NCBI GenBank assembly: GCA_002269645.1
Contig: NIVC01001629.1
Location: 1 to 64,000 of the forward strand
Direction of reading: 5' to 3'
DNA: 64,000 nt
Source of the DNA: Macrostomum lignano
Lineage: Eukaryota
Part shown: piece after piece, positions 58,906 to 64,000 of the stretch
Layout: each line of letters begins with the position of its first letter
How positions within the stretch are numbered: position 1 is the first letter of the stretch
The notes under the pieces: model-generated
Seen by the model: the letters and a program-made list of their open reading frames with translations, nothing else
Databases searched by the model: none
What the model was told of the DNA's origin: nothing
Position numbers and translations under genes: made by a program

Positions 58906-60833
58906 TCACGGCTGCCGCCGCAGCTGCTCCAGCCAAATCCTCTTGCCATGATGAGGCATAAAAGAGGCTGAGCTCTCTTCTCTTAACTCGGCGTCGCCGG
59001 CAACTTCCGCGACATCGCCGGTAGCGTCTGGCTCGGTGCCAACTTCCTCGACTGCGGCGGAGGCGGCGAGGGCTTCGGCCAGCAGCGACAGCGGCGGAGG
59101 CTCCGGCAGATGGCAGCAGCGGAGGCTGCAGGAACGGAGGGCCGGCAGCCGCAGCAGCAGGCGGCAGTAGCGGCCGGGCTGCGCTGAGCAGTGCAGCTCG
59201 AGAGTCTGGTACACCTGCTGCCTGGCTCGGCTCACGAGCTCCGGGCAGCGGAGGCCCGGCACCTCCGGCTTGAGCAGCACGGCGGCCTTCAGGCAGGCGA
59301 GCTCGAGCCGCTCCGGCCGCAGGTGACGAATGGCGTCAGCGAGCTGAGCAGTGGGCTCTGATTGACAGCTCGGGGAACTGCTGCTGGCCAGTGCTGCCAC
59401 CTGGGGGACAGATTTTTGTTACCTCAGGGCGATTTTTGTTAGCTCAGGGCGATTTTTTATTAGCTCAGGGCGATTTCTATTAGCTCAGGGCGATTTTTTG
59501 TTAGCTCAGGGTGATTTTTTATTAGCTCAGGGTGATTTTTTATTAGCTCAGGGTGATTTTTTATTAGCTCAAGGCGATTTTTTTATTAGCTCAGGGCGAT
59601 TTTTTATTAGCTCAGGGCGATTTTTTATTAGCTCAGGGCGATTTTTTATTAGCTCAGGGCGATTTTTTATTAGCTCAGGGTGATTTTTTATTAGCTCAGG
59701 GCGATTTTTTATTAGCTCAGGGCGATTTTTATTTGCTCAGAGCGATATTTGTTAGCTCAGGGCGACTTTTGTTAGCTCAGGGCGATTTTTTATTAGCTCA
59801 GGGCGATTTTTATTTGCTCAGAGCGATTTTTGTTAGCTCAGGGCGACTTTTGTTAGCTCAGGGCGATTTCTATTAGCTCAGAGCGATATTTGTTAGCTCA
59901 GGGAAATTTTTATTAGCTCAGGGCGATTTCTTTTAGTTCAGGGCGATTTTTGTTAGCTCAGGGCGATTTTTTATTAGCTCAGGCCGATTTCTTTTAGTTC
60001 AGGGCGATTTTTTATTAGCTCAGGGCGATTTCTATTAGCTCAGAGCGATTTTTTATTAGCTCAGGGCGATTTTTGTTAGCTCAAGGCGATTTTTATTAGC
60101 TCAGGGCGATTTTTTTAGTTCAGGGCGATTTCTATTAGCCCAGGGCGATTTTTAGGAGGCTCACCTGCAGTTCCCGCCAGCAGGCCACGAGCAGCCTGGC
60201 CCAGTCTGTTGGCGGCAGCCGCGCCACGGGCAGCAGCCAGACGGTCCAGGCCAGCAGCTGCGCGGGCCCCGCCACCTCAGCGCCAGTCGATGCGGCTTCC
60301 CAGGCGGCTTCCGCGTCGAGCAGGCGGCGGCGGAGCTCGTCGGATTCGAGCGGCGACCTGGCGAAGCTGCCCGAGACGGGCGAGCGGCAGCGGCGGCTCC
60401 GGCCGGCCGGCGGCAGCGGCAGCAGGTCGGCGGCGGCCGCGGCTGTGGCGGCTCCGGGACTCGGCGCCTCAGCGCTCGGGCCCGCCAGGCGGTCGCCGCC
60501 GGCCAGGCGGTTCCGCTCCTCCTGCACAGCCTCCCGCTGCATCCCGGCCGCCAGGCACTTCATGTAGCGGCAGTACTGGCAGCGGTTCCTCTGCCGCTTG
60601 TCGATGCGACAGCGCCGCGAGTCCCGGCAGGTGTAGCGCAGCGACTTGCGCACCGTCCGCTTGAAGAAGCCCTTGCAGCCCTCGCAGGAGTAGGCCGAGT
60701 AGTGCCGGCCCGTGGCGCGGTCACCGCATATTGAGCACAGCCGGCAGCCGGTCGCCGGGGTCAGCGGCGGCATCCGCGTCAGGGGCGGTGGCGGCGGTGG
60801 CGAATTCCGGGTGGGAGAGTCTGGCTGAGTCAG
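58906..60833 (-). CDS. RXR: RXR/USP-like (NR2B) nuclear receptor with a reduced ligand-binding domain; 5' end uncertain
   Basis: Exons 60833-60165 and 59400-58906. [38 protein letters not shown]...[31 protein letters not shown] remnants [16 protein letters not shown] and [17 protein letters not shown]. Confidence 0.9.
59410..60150. repeat. ~21-nt minisatellite TTAGCTCAGGGCGATTTTTTA filling the RXR intron
   Basis: Tandem array. Confidence 0.94.
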
Positions 60834-61569
60834 CTGCAATGGAATTGGCAATGACAGCTGATTTATGATGAGCGGCTGCAGTGGCTCCTTGGGGGAATTG
60901 CATTAGGGGGAATTCTCACTAGGGAATTTCGTAAGTGATTACCACCAGGAAATTTAATAAGGGGGAATTCTCACCAGGGAATTTAGTAAGGGGGAATTTT
61001 CAACAGGGGAATTTTTAAAGGAGAATTCTTACCAGGGAATTCTTAGCAGGGAATTTCGTAAGAGGGAATTTCTATCTAAGAATCATGCACAGGAATATCT
61101 ATGATGGTCATACATGAGGTAATTTCTGAGCAGAGATCAATCCGTTACAATATTTGGGGGAATTTCCTTAAGGGAATTTTTAGATTGGGGTATTAAGAGA
61201 GGGAACTGCATAAACGCTGCGAGTTGTAAAAAAACAGTAAGAAATTAAAAACAAGTCACCGAGTACGGAATATAAAAACTTGCAAGTTCCCACGGAACGG
61301 CTAAATAGAAACTACCAGACAGGATGCTAATAGAAGTCACATATACGATTTCTGCTTTTGCAAAAGAAGAAGAAATGCGCCGTCAGTCTGGCCCGGCGCA
61401 CTCTGAGGCGCAGACGAAAGAGTTTGCAGCTCCCGCTAAAGTGCGCACTTGAATCGGAAACTCCAGCGTGTAGGAGAAAAACAATTTAAAAAGCATGGTG
61501 CATGATTCAATTTTTACAGCAATTTACAGACTGATCGTCTGAGGACTACAGATTCAAAGGAGTGTAAAA

Positions 61570-61648
61570 TGTAGCATGTAACAGTGTAGCATGTAACAGT
61601 GTAGCATGTAACAGTGTAGCATGTAACAGTGTAGCATGTAACAGTGTA
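61570..61648. repeat. 15-nt repeat GTAGCATGTAACAGT, about 5 copies
   Basis: Tandem array. Confidence 0.85.
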
Positions 61649-61757
61649 ACACCACCTGGCTGTCAGGGAGGCAGGAAAACCGAATGCACTGACATTAACC
61701 ATCTTATAGCCAACTGAAGGACTCATTGGGCAAGGAAATGCTGGGAGAGCTGCGCAT

Positions 61758-64000
61758 CGAGCTGACAAACTCACAGCACAGCTGACAAACTGACAGCATA
61801 GCTGACACACTCACAGCACAGCTGACAAACTCACAGCACAGCTGACAAACTGACAGCATAGCTGACACACTCACAGCACAGCTGACAAACTCACAGCACA
61901 GCTGACAAACTCACAGCACAGCTGACAAACTCACAGCACAGCTGACAAACTGACAGCATAGCTGACACACTCACAGCACAGCTGACAAACTGACAGCATA
62001 GCTGACACACTCACAGCACAGCTGACACACTCACAGCATAGCTGACACACTCACAGCACAGCTGACAAACTCACAGCACAGCTGACAAACTCACAGCACA
62101 GCTGACACACTCACAGCACAGCTGACACACTCACAGCACAGCTGACACACTCACAGCACAGCTGACACACTCACAGCACAGCTGACAAACTGACAGCATA
62201 GCTGACAAACTGACAGCATAGCTGACACACTCACAGCACAGCTGACACACTCACAGCACAGCTGACACACTCACAGCACAGCTGACACACTCACAGCACA
62301 GCTGACACACTCACAGCACAGCTGACAAACTCACAGCACAGCTGACAAACTCACAGCACAGCTGACAAACTCACAGCACAGCTGACAAACTGACAGCATA
62401 GCTGACACACTCACAGCACAGCTGACAAACTGACAGCATAGCTGACACACTCACAGCACAGCTGACACACTCACAGCACAGCTGACAAACTCACAGCACA
62501 GCTGACAAACTCACAGCACAGCTGACACACTCACAGCACAGCTGACACACTCACAGCACAGCTGACACACTCACAGCACAGCTGACAAACTGACAGCATA
62601 GCTGACAAACTGACAGCATAGCTGACACACTCACAGCACAGCTGACACACTCACAGCACAGCTGACACACTCACAGCACAGCTGACACACTCACAGCACA
62701 GCTGACACACTCACAGCATAGCTGACACACTCACAGCACAGCTGACAAACTGACAGCATAGCTGACAAACTCACAGCACAGCTGACACACTCACAGCACA
62801 GCTGACACACTCACAGCACAGCTGACACACTCACAGCACAGCTGACACACTCACAGCACAGCTGACAAACTGACAGCATAGCTGACAAACTGACAGCATA
62901 GCTGACACACTCACAGCACAGCTGACAAACTGACAGCATAGCTGACACACTCACAGCACAGCTGACACACTCACAGCACAGCTGACACACTCACAGCACA
63001 GCTGACACACTCACAGCACAGCTGACACACTCACAGCACAGCTGACACACTCACAGCACAGCTGACACACTCACAGCACAGCTGAAAAACTCACAGCACA
63101 GCTGACAAACTGACAGCATAGCTGACACACTCACAGCACAGCTGACAAACTGACAGCATAGCTGACACACTCACAGCACAGCTGACACACTCACAGCATA
63201 GCTGACACACTCACAGCACAGCTGACAAACTCACAGCACAGCTGACAAACTCACAGCACAGCTGACACACTCACAGCACAGCTGACACACTCACAGCACA
63301 GCTGACACACTCACAGCACAGCTGACACACTCACAGCACAGCTGACAAACTGACAGCATAGCTGACAAACTGACAGCATAGCTGACACACTCACAGCACA
63401 GCTGACACACTCACAGCACAGCTGACACACTCACAGCACAGCTGACAAACTCACAGCACAGCTGACACACTCACAGCACAGCTGACACACTCACAGCACA
63501 GCTGACAAACTCACAGCACAGCTGACAAACTGACAGCATAGCTGACACACTCACAGCACAGCTGACAAACTCACAGCACAGCTGACAAACTCACAGCACA
63601 GCTGACAAACTGACAGCATAGCTGACACACTCACAGCACAGCTGACAAACTGACAGCATAGCTGACACACTCACAGCACAGCTGACACACTCACAGCATA
63701 GCTGACACACTCACAGCACAGCTGACAAACTGACAGCATAGCTGACAAACTGACAGCATAGCTGACACACTCACAGCACAGCTGACACACTCACAGCACA
63801 GCTGACACACTCACAGCACAGCTGACACACTCACAGCACAGCTGACACACTCACAGCATAGCTGACACACTCACAGCACAGCTGACAAACTCACAGCACA
63901 GCTGACAAACTCACAGCACAGCTGACAAACTCACAGCACAGCTGACACACTCACAGCACAGCTGACACACTCACAGCACAGCTGACACACTCACAGCACA
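61758..64000. repeat. 20-nt minisatellite GCTGAC(A/C variants)CTCACAGCACA running off the window end
   Basis: More than 110 copies of four variant units. Confidence 0.97.

Noticed and set aside
1-64000. CRISPR-like repeat arrays
   Set aside because: Units are head-to-tail with no unique spacers, there are no cas genes, and the context is eukaryotic and spliced.
7050-64000. TGAC/GTCA occurs in about 10 of 33 array units
   Set aside because: About 5-6 are expected by chance for these unit lengths, so the excess is too small to claim without a genome-wide test.

Overview
Eukaryotic, gene-dense animal DNA with GC-rich exons, GT-AG introns and minisatellite-filled introns. This style is compatible with a macrostomid flatworm such as Macrostomum lignano (inference, not proven). 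Genes reconstructed by hand: NAPE-PLD-like (+), PIGB (+), a 16-exon ~1925-aa type I receptor with 12 C-type lectin domains (+), ZDHHC3/7-like palmitoyltransferase (-), an uncharacterised Ala/Pro/Gln-rich gene (+), an intronless EGFR/ErbB-like kinase (+), a small uncharacterised gene (+), a degenerate POT/SLC15-like MFS transporter (+) and an RXR-like receptor with a reduced LBD (-). About 35 unrelated minisatellite arrays (9-42 nt units) fill nearly every long intron and many gene flanks. Mobile elements include hAT MITEs with 8-bp TSDs, a tRNA-headed CORE-SINE, a Penelope-like remnant with a minimal hammerhead ribozyme and a possible solo LTR. At least six -1 frameshifts in three genes look like long-read consensus errors. 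Most long ORFs in the supplied track are repeat artefacts. No prokaryotic features or CRISPR arrays were found.
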